This document shows, piece by piece, positions 35,946-48,700 of a stretch of DNA of 64,000 nt. Below the pieces are notes generated by a model. It saw only the letters and a list, made by a program, of their open reading frames with translations. It searched no databases and was not told the origin of the DNA. Source of the stretch: Trypanosoma brucei. Taxonomy: Eukaryota. Made by a program: the position numbers and the translations under genes. Where the stretch lies: contig CM000208.1 in the NCBI GenBank assembly GCA_000002445.1, positions 3,990,026 to 4,054,025 of the forward strand, in the 5' to 3' direction. How positions within the stretch are numbered: the first letter of the stretch is position 1; the number at the start of each line of letters is the position of its first letter.

Positions 35946-37461
35946 TTGACGGAACATAAAATTCTGCTTTCAGTGGCCTTGACAACCTTAGTAGCACCGC
36001 GCAGAGGTTACGGGGACGACGTTGCGGTGTTGCAAAAGGAACAGGTGGAGCAGCTGTGCAGCCTAGCAACGGAGCTGGCAGCGTACCATGCGTTATACAT
36101 CTCAGACTTTGTCGGACACGTTAGAGATGAGTAGAAAATTCAGCGCACGGAGCTCAAGTTCAGAATATATGCAGCCCAACGCAGCGCAGAAGAGGCGAAG
36201 CTGATGCTTTCAATAATGGTTGCGTGCACAAAAAAGTGCAAAGGTAGCTTATCTTTTCTCATGATGACGATCAAGCCTGGCTTCAAAGCGTTTGATGCCA
36301 GTTCATACCTGTCGGGAAGAATAATGGAAAGCCTAGAATTTTTAGCAGAACTTCATCAAGACGGTGGCACGGGCAATTCTGCCGGATGTCTGTCAGAAAG
36401 CAACTCAAAAGTAATTGAAGGCAAAGCTAATCTACGAGGATGTCCAAAAGGAAGCCGAAAAATAACCAGCGTTGCGAAACAGCCTTCAGCGCACCTTACA
36501 GCTAAAGGATTCATAAACCTGCCAACAGCTGTAAGCAGCAGTAACCACCAAATGCGATATAGTAGGCACGCAAAGCGGCAACAGTGCTTAACGCAGCGCA
36601 GGTGACAAATGGCGCAACACTACTAGCAGGGTACGTCCACCTAGGCAAAACAGCCAGACATATGGCGTAACAGACCTAAGCAACTTACAGGCTAACGGCA
36701 AAGCAAATGACGCGCCTCATTTTCAAACGGCATACGACAAGCACAAGGCCTACACACCCATATCCAAAGCACCCTGCGATATCGCGGAATTTTCAGTAGC
36801 GGACATAGTAGAGGATGAAACAGCCACACAACTCTTCGCCGAGCTACTAATGAATAAAACCAGCAAAGTCACTGGCTCCGACGCACAGGCAATCAAACAA
36901 AAAATAGAGAAAACCTACAACAAGAGCAATGACTTCCAAAAACACTGGGTCTAGAAGGAAACAAAAAATAAAGTGCCCAAAGAGGCAGCCAGAGAACAAG
37001 GAAGCGGCCAACTCAACCTCGAATCGGACGACGACATAGATAAGCTTCGGAGAATATTAAACTGTTATAGCGCACAAGCAATAAAGAGGGAACTGATGGC
37101 AGCAGCGGCAGGGACAGGAAGCAATCCATCTTGCACATCCGATACAGAGGCAAGCAAAAAAGCGTCTTCCAAGGAAGATTGCAAGGAAAACAAAGACAAA
37201 GGACCCTGCCAAGAAGCGGGATGCAAATTTGATGGTAACAAAAAAGATGGTGAAAAATGCTTTCCAGAGACACACACAAAAACAGACAAGAGAGATGGCA
37301 AATATGGGAAAAATACCTCAAATTGCGCAGTGAAATACAAGGTCCAATGCAAATCTCCGGAGTTTAAATGGGAAGGTGAAAGTTGCAAAGATTTCAGTTT
37401 TCTCGTCAATAAGACACTTGCTATGATGGCTGCTGTTTTTGTGAGTTGGGTAATATTTTAA
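35946..37461 (+). pseudogene. VSG: VSG pseudogene (frameshifts and stops; C-terminal domain and GPI signal intact)
   Basis: N-terminal fragment MTEHKILLSVALTTLVAPRRGYG...; middle ORF 36204-36605; C-terminal ORF 36973-37461 ending CKFDGNKKDGEKCFPE...VQCKSPEFKWEGESCKDFSFLVNKTLAMMAAVFVSWVIF. A near-perfect 16-mer tgatatattttaacat lies at 37547-37562. Confidence 0.8.
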
Positions 37462-37704
37462 AGATTCTAAGGATTTTTGATTATTTTTCTTTAATTTTTT
37501 TCAGTGTATGAAAATTTACTATTTTTATTGAGAATACGGTAAATTATGATATATTTTAACATTTTTTGATTAAAATTTGAAAAATAATGAAAATGTAAAA
37601 AATATGAAAATTTAGCATAATAGTAATTTATAGATGTAAAGCAGCACTGTGACAGGCTATAAACATGTGTTTCATTGTAAGTTGGTTTATTTTGTTTATT
37701 TTAT

Positions 37705-37800
37705 GGATATTAATAGTTAGGGTTATGTCAGAAATAGCAATGGAAACGATGATGATAATAGTAAAGCGTTCTGAGTGTGTATATACGAATATTATAATAG
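37705..37800 (+). repeat. 70-bp repeat (divergent)
   Basis: gttagggttatgtcagaaatagcaatggaaacgatgatgataatagtaaagcgttctgagtgtgtatatacgaatattataatagg. Confidence 0.7.
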
Positions 37801-39084
37801 GAGAGGTGAACAAGAAATGGAAGGAAAAGACAAGCAGTTAAAAGTATTGCAATTGTGCAATAAGAGAACTAGGTAAATCTGAAGGATTGTAAGAAAGAAG
37901 GGCGGTGCCGCCACTTCCAGAAGCGGCAGCGAAAAGAAGATGATGTAACATGCGGCATTTAAAGCACAAATATGAGGATGAGCATAATCATAGACAGGCA
38001 GGCAATGGAGGAGACAGCGACGGAGAAAGAGTACAGTGTGTGGGAAAATGGAGTTGCAACGTTATCTGTAGAAAAATAACCTGATAAGTAAAAAGGAAAA
38101 AATATGAAATGACGTAACAAAATAAGCGGTAACACGGAACACCACAGAAGGAACTAATACAAAAGATTGTGCTCCATATTTTACTGTCTAAATAGACAGA
38201 TTCCACTGTGTATATCGTCGAGACTTTAGTTTTTAATATAATTGAGATCATAATATTCACCTGTAAAGTAAAAGTAAAAGAGGAAGGAGGAAGACATTGA
38301 GTGAGTGTGAGGCAATTTCTAAGTCTTATTTTTATTAAATATAGTAATAATGATCATCATATCCTTGAGACAATATAATATTATCGAAATGGGAATTTTA
38401 AAATAAGGAATATCAATTTATTACCGCGTACAATCTAAAACGTAAAAAACTCTAAATATGCTTCTAATACCGCATATATAAAGCTATGAAATAGATTTAT
38501 GAAATACGAATAATAACTGTAGAAGAGACCCGAATTTTATAGGGCCACAGAGGCCAAAATTCAGCTTATTGAACGGCCATCTGCGGCATATTAAGCCAAC
38601 CCTTGATACACATTTAATGTGAATGTTAAAGAAGATGAACCAGTAAAGCAAGTGTAAAAGAGACAGAAAGTGCAATATTTAAGCGGAAGCCCTATCAAAT
38701 CACACAGACTTATAAACTAGTACAAGGAAAATCCCGCATTCTCCAAAAACAGAGTACTATCATAACTCCATCTAGAAGTAGAAACGAAGACTAATCCATA
38801 AATTAAACAGATTATAAACTATAAACTTCAAGCCTCCTAGATTAGATGTTTGTGTGGAAATTCAAACGGTTGGATGGTTGGAACTTTGGCGACAGGTAGA
38901 TACAAGAAACCAAACAAATGAGAACATCTTTAAGAAAATCGTTAATAAAAGAACACATGTATATAGAAAACTTAAATCATCGAATAACAGAAGTGTTCTT
39001 TTTACTGACCAACGGCTAAAAAATAGTCGCTGTACGATTACAACATTTAGAAGTTTCAAAACTTACAGAAAAAGACGATAGAAA

Positions 39085-40640
39085 ATGTATAAAATAACTA
39101 CAAACTCTGCGCTGATTCTTATGTTGACGCATCTGATCCTGATGCGTTTACCGGTGCTGCGTGCCACAGGACGCACCCCGGCGCCAGACACAGCAGGCGG
39201 AAAAGTCGCAGACCTTTGCGGCGATGCCCGTTACACCAGGTTCCTAGTCGACAAGTTGATAGAAGATTACAAGGAAGCTTTAGCGGCTCTACCGGCCTTA
39301 TCAAGGGCGGCGAATTCTTATACAATAGCTGCGGGCAACCCCGCTACCCCAACAACGCAAGCCGCCATGCATGTACTGGCAGAAGTGCAAACAATGAAAG
39401 CGAATGCAGCAGCAGCAGAGCTAGCGACAGTAAACCCCCGCTACGACCTAGCAATAAAGCTACTCAAACAAAGGGAAGGCCGACTGCACGCAACCATCCA
39501 GTCGAGCTATAACCAAGTGACGCAAAGTGACGGCGCGACGATCGGCTCTGACACGGTAAAAGAGAAAGCCAGCACAGTAGGCTGCAAAGCAACAGCCACT
39601 CTCGTGCCAGACCAGTCAAAAAACTGCAGTTTAGCACGAGATGCAGACCACGCCGTAAAATACGCCGACGTTAATTTGAACAGCGCCACACAACTCCAGC
39701 ATGTAACGGAAGATTCGCTAAAACACCAAAAGATGATAGCCAAGGCGTTCGGCACAAGCACAGCCACGACAGCAACAACAGCGTCAACTCACCATCACGG
39801 ATTCTGCGTAGGTGCAAGCGACGGCCCCAGGTTAAACGGCGCGGGCGCGATACTAGGAGCCGAACTAGCAATTGAAGAGCGAACGGTAAACATAAAGCAG
39901 ACAAATCTTCACGAAATCGGCACAACAGGCACATGCACAGCAACAAAGATTACGGAACCATGGGGCAAGCAAGAAGAAGATACACTAGCATCTACACTTT
40001 GTACTATCAAGCAGCAAAAAGTAGCAAAAAGTCTGCCACTCCACAAGCAGCCACTAACAAACCTTGATATTAGTGTACAAATAGCAGAGGCTCTAAATCA
40101 GGTACAATCACCAGGATCACCACTAACAGATGACGCCAAAGAGAAAAAACAGCTTGTTAATAAGTATTTCGGGAGCAGTGACAACGAGTAAAAGCAAAGA
40201 TAGAGAAAGCAATCGAGACAACGGAGGTTGATGTGACAATCGGCAAAACAAAGATAAAAAAGTCACCCTTAGCACTTGCTGGAACAGATGAAGGTATTCA
40301 AGTCTTATCGTATTACTTTGGGAAGGATTTGGCTGCTAAAGCAGAGACAACTGTACTCGGACCTGTTCCTACAATGAACAAAGAAGCCAGCGACAAATTC
40401 AAAACAATAACAGACAAAGAGATATGAAAAACAACGGACGGATGTAAATATAAAAAATGCGTGGTAGGGGGTAAAGGTGAAGAAAAGAGGGGTGAATTTT
40501 CAGTGAAATTGCAAAATGCCCCCACTAAGACTACTTGATGCAAATGGGATAGAAAATAGTTCAAGGATTCCAGTTTTCTCGTAACTGAGAAATTTTCTTT
40601 GCTGTTGCTTTCGTGGGTTTGTTGCATATTCTCATTATAA
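39085..40640 (+). pseudogene. VSG: VSG pseudogene (type B N-terminal domain, 368-aa ORF, followed by frameshifted C-terminal remnants)
   Basis: The N-terminal domain ORF 39085-40191 (signal peptide MYKITTNSALILMLTHLILMRLPVLRA) stops prematurely. Downstream fragments in other frames read SYYFGKDLAAKAETT, CKYKKCVVGGKGEE and KDSSFLVTEKFSLLL. Confidence 0.8.
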
Positions 40641-40849
40641 AAATAAAGGATTTTTTTAAAACTTTATTATTTTATAACATTTTACTAATATTTGATTTCT
40701 CATAACACTTTTTTGTGGAAATGTTCAAATTAGTGAAAATTTTGGGAATTTAAAAAATCTGAAAACTTGGCGTGATAGTAGTACATCGGTTTAACGTATT
40801 AGGGATAAAGAGTATGAAAAAATGAATATTATTATAATTTTTTGTTTAG

Positions 40850-40915
40850 TTTATTGATCTCAGAAGTTAGGGTAATAATAATTATAATAGGAAAGTGTTG
40901 TGAGAGAGTTAAAAA
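40850..40915 (+). repeat. 70-bp repeat (divergent)
   Basis: gttagggtaataataattataataggaaagtgttgtgagagag. Confidence 0.6.
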
Positions 40916-42039
40916 TGTCGAAGAATATTTTTTAAAAACAAAAAAACAGTGTGTGAGAAGAAGAGATGGGATGTCCGCTGTTTCATACAAAAACATTACG
41001 ATGAGCACCATTATATAGTAAGATGATGGTGATAAAATGAGGAGGAGAGAAAATGCAATGGAAATAACAAATGGAAGCACTATATCAGCCCCAAAGCAGC
41101 TATATAACAAAATAAAATTCAGAATTAATTAAACAATAAGCGACAACATAGCACAGAAGAAAATGACACACGAAACATGGTGAAATTGTATAGCACATTT
41201 TGCTCAATAATTGACAGACTCTGTTGCAGAGATGGTGACGATTATAGTTTTCAGTCTTATTACAGATCTTAATATCAGATGAAAGAAGAATTAAAAAGAA
41301 TGGAAACTTGTAGAAGAGGTGCTTGGGCTAATTTGAGGTAATATCGAAGTATTATCATATATAATTTCCAACATTTGTGGACAACGATACAATATGTCTG
41401 GGAGGAGCATGTTAAAAATATTTTTACCAATGTATTGCTGTAGATGGCAAAGGTAGATAAAAGTAGCGGACACTGCTTCAAAAAAAAGTATTTATAATCA
41501 TTTTGATGGCCATTATTAGTTTTTAAAAATGTGTAGCGATTCCTCTTCCAATTCCGTATTGGTATACTGGAAAACAATTAGGTGTTTTTGAAAAGCGAGT
41601 AATACATATAAAAGTGGCTCTTATTAGCAACTAACGAATCGTATTAAGACAAGGCACAAGTTTTGAGTCTCAGCGGAGGGAGATTGGCACTCAATTTTCA
41701 AGTTACAAAGCATTGGATTGAATCAAGAGTGAATCCGATAGATATAGAAGAAACTGTCTCGTAATTAAATACTGTAATTCATTGCCTGAACTATGAGCTT
41801 TTTCCAGAAAAAAAATGTTTCCAAACAACATTACTGCAAAGATAATCTATTTTTATTAACAAAAACACCGGCAGACAAGGCGTTAGCATACAACAGCCAA
41901 ACTAGGCAGAGACAGCAACGCTGCGGTGAAGAGGCCAGCTTGAGAAAGCACTTTAGATTTTTAAACCCGCCACAAAAAAACGGTGACAGGAAGCTCCAAG
42001 AACATGACGGCAACAAAAGTTCTGTTTAGTGTACTCTAT

Positions 42040-43431
42040 ATACTCGCCTCTCCATGAAGTGCAAAACTGGAGGATTGTGCATCTCCATGTACCTGCCAGG
42101 CTCGAGCAGCCGCGCTTGCGGGCGACCTAAAAGCAAAGCTCGACTCAGCGACAACCACGGCAGCCGCCAATACAAAGCAAGCGCTGCAGCTGACGGCGGC
42201 CGCAGCCTCAGCCACCGGCGAAAAGCAGAAATTTTTAGCGCCTGTAGCGGCGCTAGCCCTAGGAATAATAGCTAAGGATACAGAAGCGTTAAAAGAAGCG
42301 ATCCCAACGATAACAAAGGCGATCGAAACTTTCACACAACTTTCAAGCCACTATGCCATGGTGGCCAAGCTAGCAGTAGAAGTGACAGCAGCAGCGCTGG
42401 ATGCATCAGGCAGCAACCATTACGGCGACGCAACCGTAACCGCGGCGGATATACGGCCGAAGCCGGCTCAGGTCTGTGAAGGCGGCGCGGCAGAACAGCC
42501 GATGTCAGCCAAAGCGGCACAGTTTCCGGCGGACCTCAAGTTTAAGCAGACCGACCTACACATGGCAATCCAAATAGCATGTGCGCAAGACAACGGAGCA
42601 GCCTGTAGCGCAGCAACAGCAGGAAACAAAATTAAAAGCAAAGCCAGTTTCTCAACCAGCGCCATCAAGAAAGCCGACGGTGCGCTAAGCGGGGGCCAGT
42701 ACAAGCCGATAGCAACGGGGACGCTGCTCACGCAGGAAACCACTCCACAGACGCTAAATGCCGGCAGCAAATCCATACAGGAAGCAGTAACTAAGGTAGA
42801 GCAAATAAAGGCCCTAGCCGACAGCGACGTCTTCACAAATAACGGTAAGCTGCGCGATTACATTAAAACACAAATCTACAACCTGCAACCAGCAGATAAA
42901 GAACAACAAGCAGTAGCAACGCAAATAACCGAACATATTTCGAAAAATTACGGCGCAGGCTCGACTGGTTTTTCCGACAAAATTTGGAAAGCAGCAAAAG
43001 ACACACCACTCGAGTACTTAACCGCCAAACAAATTGAGAGGAAAAAACTCGAAATAGTGACTGACATCGACGATCTCACCGCAGCTTTAGCATTGTCTTT
43101 AAGCGAAGAGGACACCAAACTAGAAAATACGTGTGAAACTGAATCAATAGCCAAAAAGCCCAAGGGGTATTGCAGTGCGATAACTGACAAAACTCAGTGT
43201 AACGGGAAACCTGGCTGTAAATTTAATGACGTAGAGAAGAAATGCGAAACTGACCCTGAAATAAAAACAGAGAAGAAAGCTGAAGGAGATGATGGGAAAG
43301 CAAGCTCCGACTGCAAAGATAAACAACAAAAAGATTGTACTGACAATTGCAAATGGGAAAATAATGCTTGTAAGGATTCCAGTTTTTCCTCAACAAACAA
43401 TTCGCTCTCAATGTGGCTGCTGCAATTTTAA
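42040..43431 (+). pseudogene. VSG: VSG pseudogene (5' frameshift, and the C-terminal GPI signal is also frameshifted)
   Basis: The upstream frame reads ...LAGDLKAKLDSATTTAAANTKQALQLTAAAASATGEKQKFLAPVAALALGIIAKDTEALKEAIPTITKAIETFTQLSSHYA, then switches to the 357-aa ORF 42358-43431. That ORF has C-terminal-domain motifs CNGKPGCKFNDVEKKCETDPE and CKDKQQKDCTDNCKWENNACKDSSF and ends in the non-canonical tail SSTNNSLSMWLLQF. Confidence 0.8.
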
Positions 43432-43679
43432 GTTTGGTAGTATTTTAGTATTTCATATATTTTGCCCAACTTTATGAATATTTGCGAAGTTGAATGAAAT
43501 TTAATATAGTTCAACACTTTTGTGAAACCTTTGATAATTTTGAAAATTAGTGAAAAAAAATGAAAATATTAGAAACATGCATCTTATGGCGGCATATAGG
43601 TGTAACTTAACAGTGTGTTAAGTATTATAGTGTATATTGCACAAAAATTAGTGTTATTCTACTTTTGTTTAGTTTTTCT

Positions 43680-43760
43680 CATTTTATTGATAATAATGAT
43701 AATAATAATAATGATATTAAGAGAGTTTTGTGAGTGTGCATAATATTATAACAAGAGCAC
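43680..43760 (+). repeat. 70-bp repeat
   Basis: gataataatgataataataataatgatattaagagagttttgtgagtgtgcataatattataacaagagcac. Confidence 0.8.
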
Positions 43761-44700
43761 TTAAACCAACTTCAAGGATGCAATGGAAGCAACTTAGAGA
43801 AAGAGAGAGTAAAAGTATGCAGAATATTATTAAGGGAAACACAGAAAGACAAAAAGAGAGAGAGAAAGAGAGAGAACATGTATAGTCAAAAAAATAAATG
43901 ACAATGAGGAAAATCATACAAAAGATAATGTAGAAAACAATAAAGTAGGCACAACTGTAGTGTAGAGACCATATGGAGTCGCTAATTCATATGTAGAAGA
44001 ATAAACAGAAGCAGAAAAGAAAAGGCAAAGAAGAAAAAAGACGGAAGGAAAAAACAGAATAGAAAACATAACGGCACAGAAGAAAACGATACAGTAGGAT
44101 ATGATGCTCTATGTTTCACACAAACAATGGACAGATCTTACTGTAGATATGATGGGAGCGACTGTGATTCTTAATGTGATAACGGAGGATAGTCTAAAGA
44201 GATACCTACTGAAAATGATGAGTCATAGAGTTTTCAGGCTTCATATGGACAAGAATGGAAGAGATTAAAAAAGCATTGAAAATAAAAGAAAATGTGTTTA
44301 TACGGGATAATGTTTGAAAGTGTTAACAAGTAGCCGAGAGATCATTTCGAGACGAGTAAGAGTTACAACCTAGTAATATTGAGCGGTTTCTTAGAGATGG
44401 GCAGCCAAGCACCAACAAACGTGTGGAAAAACCTTCTTTTCTTATAACCAGGCAAACCGGCCTCAGCCATCTAGACCAATCTCAGACCAAGTGGACATCC
44501 ACCATAAGAAAAAAAAACAAGGTCTACAAACGTTTTCCTATAACCAAAATTGGTCACACACGTACCTGTGACTGAATATAACAGAAATCTTAGAAAGTTT
44601 TTAAAAATTACAATCGTTTCCGCTACAGCTGCAAGCAACAATAAGACTTTGAATATCCACACGATATCAGCAGGGAAACAGGAAGACTGTACCAGAAAAT

Positions 44701-45740
44701 ATGGTGACATTCACTTCAGTGATGCTGTTAGTCATAGTTTTACAATTCGGATTCAGCGCCCCAGCAGCCGACAAGGACGCAGAAGTGTTCCATGCATTCT
44801 GCAGCATCTTGCAGTTAGGCGACACAACGCAGCCAATCCAGCCACCACTGGAGCCGGAACCTTCAGACCCCGAAGAACTGTTCAAATTGAACATGAAGCT
44901 AGCACAACCAGCATGGGTAGCCAAATTCCTAGACAACACGAATCCAGCAACACCGCAAGCGAAAAAAAGCCAACGACGAGCCTAGACGAAACACAAGCAA
45001 AAATGTGGGACACATGGGCAAAGCACGCAGCTAACGTAGAAAAAGCCGAAGGAAACGGTAAAACTGCAGCAGACGAAATTAAAGCCAAGTATGGTACGAC
45101 CGCTTCATCGGAAGCACAGCTCCTTCATTTAGTCATGACATAGCTAAACTCGCAGACGAAGCGCACGCAATAGCCTGTCACAGCGATTCTGGAATCAAAC
45201 GAACGGACGTCAGTGACGCTTCAATCTTAGCAGCCCTACAGAAGCGACAGATATACAATGTAGAAACAAAAGCAAAGAAAGCTACGCTAAACAAGTTGTT
45301 GCAGGAAGCGGAGACGATAGCACGGCGGGCACAATACGACCCGGCATATCCGAAGCCAGCAACCCAAGAAGCGGGCACCAAAGTCATGAAAAACGCAGGG
45401 TCAAAAGATTGCACAACGATAGCAAAGTCAGAGGAATGCAAACCTGAAGTGGGATGAAAATATAATGAAACAACTAGCAAATGCGAAAAAGATCCAAAAA
45501 GTCCAGTTGTACAAGCCACAGGATCAGAATGGGTAGGTATAGTCGTAGATTGCGGTAAAAACCAAACTCAAAAAGCTTTTGAGGTAGAAAACAATAATGT
45601 AAAAGCAGGTGCCAAAATGGTTTGTGGTGGGATAACTTACGTGAACAGTACAGAAAAACTTTCCAAACCTGAGTGCCGCTCCTCCAGCTTCCTCGTAAGT
45701 AAAAAACTTTGCTCTGATTGTTCCCGCTTTCGTGAGTTTG
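44701..45740 (+). pseudogene. VSG: VSG pseudogene (frameshifted); an ingi-type element sits in its 3' flank
   Basis: Signal peptide MVTFTSVMLLVIVLQFGFSAPAADKDAE. Later frames carry C-terminal-domain motifs (…CTTIAKSEECKPEVG-KYNETTSKCEKDPKSP…CGKNQTQ…) and a GPI-signal remnant CRSSSFLVSKKL. A VSG-type 3' UTR (aattttatgaaaattatgaaacat) follows and runs directly into the retroelement. Confidence 0.7.
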
Positions 45741-45785
45741 GTAGAGTTTCAGCATTAAAAGGATATTTCCCAATTTTATGAAAAT

Positions 45786-48700
45786 TATGAAACATCACTG
45801 GTGAAACCGGCCACCTCATCATGGGACCCAGTGCCTAGTACTTCATCCAGGAGGAAGCTAAGTGCTCGCATTAAACCAGGCCCGACAGGATTGTGGTGGG
45901 CAAAAAGCTTTCGGTGACCAGAGAATGAGAAAGCAGCGGTATAGGCATCTGCGGTGAAGAAATACATTAGACTAATCTTCTGCACGTGCAAGTGTGCCTA
46001 TATTGGGATCCATAGGCTTATATTACTTCTTATAGTAGATTTGGAACGGAATTCCTGTCCTGTCCTTTGTGGAGCCCAGTGGAATTCTGTGGATTTCTCC
46101 AGGGCAAAGTGGAACGCCTTAGAGAAGAAACTCCACGAGTATATGGTAGTCTTCTGTCTATTGCGGGAGATTCACTTGGCAGTAGAAGAATACTGCGCAT
46201 TGAAAATTAGTAGATACCAACACATGGTGTCACATTCTCCGCATGGTGGTAAGGTATTAATTCTAGTGAGAGAACGCGTGAAAATCATCTAAGGTCCGAA
46301 GGAGGAAGCACTGCCGGAAAGAGTCTTGGAAAGCTAATGTTTTCATCTGATCTAATGTTAACTATAAAATCAGCTTACTTCACACGAAAGAAAATGTCAT
46401 TACCTCCACGGTTGAGTGCCTTGAAAGCTCAACAGTATCAGCGGTGATAGGATTTGATACAAACGCACATCACGAGTTATGGGACCCACTTCGCCCAAAT
46501 GGTACAGCAGGAGAATGCATTATAGGCTGATGTCTACGAAATGATATCAAAATTTCAAATGATGGCACCCCAACGAGAAGAATGACTCACACTGCAACCA
46601 TGTCGTCTCCAGATGTTACGATGTACAGAGACTGCGAATTCACAAGATGGAAGGCAAGCATCAGTCCGGATATTGACCACTACTGGATAACGTTTGAGGT
46701 ATGTATTGGGATTGATGTAGAAATGATCGCCATCACTAAGTCACGAAGTACGTTGCATGTTTTTAACGAAGCAAATTGGCAGGAGTTTCGAAAAGTGTAT
46801 GATGCCACAAAGGTGAAAAATTAAGGAATCGAAAAAGAAAGTGGATGCCATGAATGAGGCAGTGACTAAAGTCATTCGCACAGCAGCAAAGAAAACGATA
46901 ACGAAATGTAAGTGAGTATTGCTACAGTTCCGGACACAAGAACTGGCCGAAATGGACATAAAAATAAGAGAATGTACAAATGAAAAGCACAGAGATATTC
47001 TTATACACAAGAGAAGGAAGGTTTTTGCCGAAAATTCCCTACAGCGATGGAAGGAAAATGCGTTGAAGATGTCAGTGATTGACACAAAAAGTTGGAGTGT
47101 AGTCATGTCGGTGTATGCACTAAGGTCACTGTCATCTCCGGTTATGGTAGTGAATGACCACCCCCTAACACGCAGACAGCAAGCCAATAAGCTAGCATAG
47201 ACGTATTGAGAGAGCGGTTGACAAGAGCACTAGATGCTCCTCCCATGAGTACACCATATCGAGTGAGCGTAGAATTCGCACCAATAACGATTTAAGAACA
47301 TGAGACAGCACCAAAAGACCTCTATTCAGGCACTGCCACCGGTAAAGACAATACACATTGTGAACTGTTGAATTAATCAGGACGCCGTAGCAAGAAATGT
47401 GTCATACAGTTCTTCAACTGCGCCCTACAGGGACACAAGGTGCCGAAGAAGTGGAATCAGGAAGTTATCGTCTAACTGCTCAAACACGACAAACCGGTCA
47501 AGTGTATATCATCGTTTCGGCACATCACGGTCACTAGCATGCACTGTAAGTTCATGGACAGGATTGTAGAGAGACGCATACAGGACACAGTAGAATGTAA
47601 GCTACAAATACAGTAAGCTGGTTTTCGTCCAGAGAGGTCTACGTTAGAGGCCCTGATGGCACTCACAGACTTCGTGACACATAGAATAGCAGGAGAGACA
47701 GCCGCAGCGGTATTCATATATTATGTGGGGGCATTTGACTCTGTAGAGCACAGGTATATAATAGAATCACTAAAAAAATATGAGGTAGACATGCACCTCA
47801 TTACATGTGTTGCAAATTTCCTGGATGGATGGACTGCAGTAGCAAGAATAAACAACACCCTTTCAAATAAAATACAATTCACATGTGGTGTTCCGCAAGG
47901 GTCTGTATTGGGGCCGTTACTATTCATTATCTCAATGCACTCCTTTAGCGCGAAATTGAATGCCATACCAGTCCTTAAACACTGCTTCTTCGCAGAAGAC
48001 CTCACAATAGTATGCTCTTACACTGACCGGAAAGCTATTAGGAAGACACTACAAACAGGATGAGATTGCATAGCAAGCTGCTCGACAGAGCATTAAATAG
48101 AGGTGTCCGCCGATAAAACGGAGTACACGTTCTTCAAGGTTAGAAAGACAGAGACTCATTACATCTAATGATGTGAGAACACAGATTAAATGAGACGAGA
48201 AATCCCATAATCCTTGGGGTGACGATGCAGCCACACAGTGGTGTAAGAAAACATGCTCACAACATACAAACAGCAGCAAATACAAAATTAATGAAACTAC
48301 GGGCCGTTGCATTACCTGAATGAAGGGTGAGCAAAGAAAGCTTCCGAGCATTTTACGTAGCCTAATCCAGATAAAGTTATGTTATGGGATAGCTGCGTGG
48401 TGGTTAAATGCTTCTTCATCTATCAAGAAGAAGCTTGAACGAGTACAAACGCAGGCTTCACATGTTGTCGCGGGTATTTCAAAGTGCGCGAATCGGCATG
48501 ATGTTATGAAGGAGTCTCACCTTCACACGATAGATGATATTGATCATAGACGAACAATAGAATACTGTTGAACAAGGAAGGTGAACGGTAAGGCATCAGC
48601 CGATACAGTGGGGAAAATGTTCCCACCCAGTCATCCAATACACACGCACCTGCAAAGCGTATCACACTTGTATGAGGAAGTAGACAGACCGGAAAAGTCA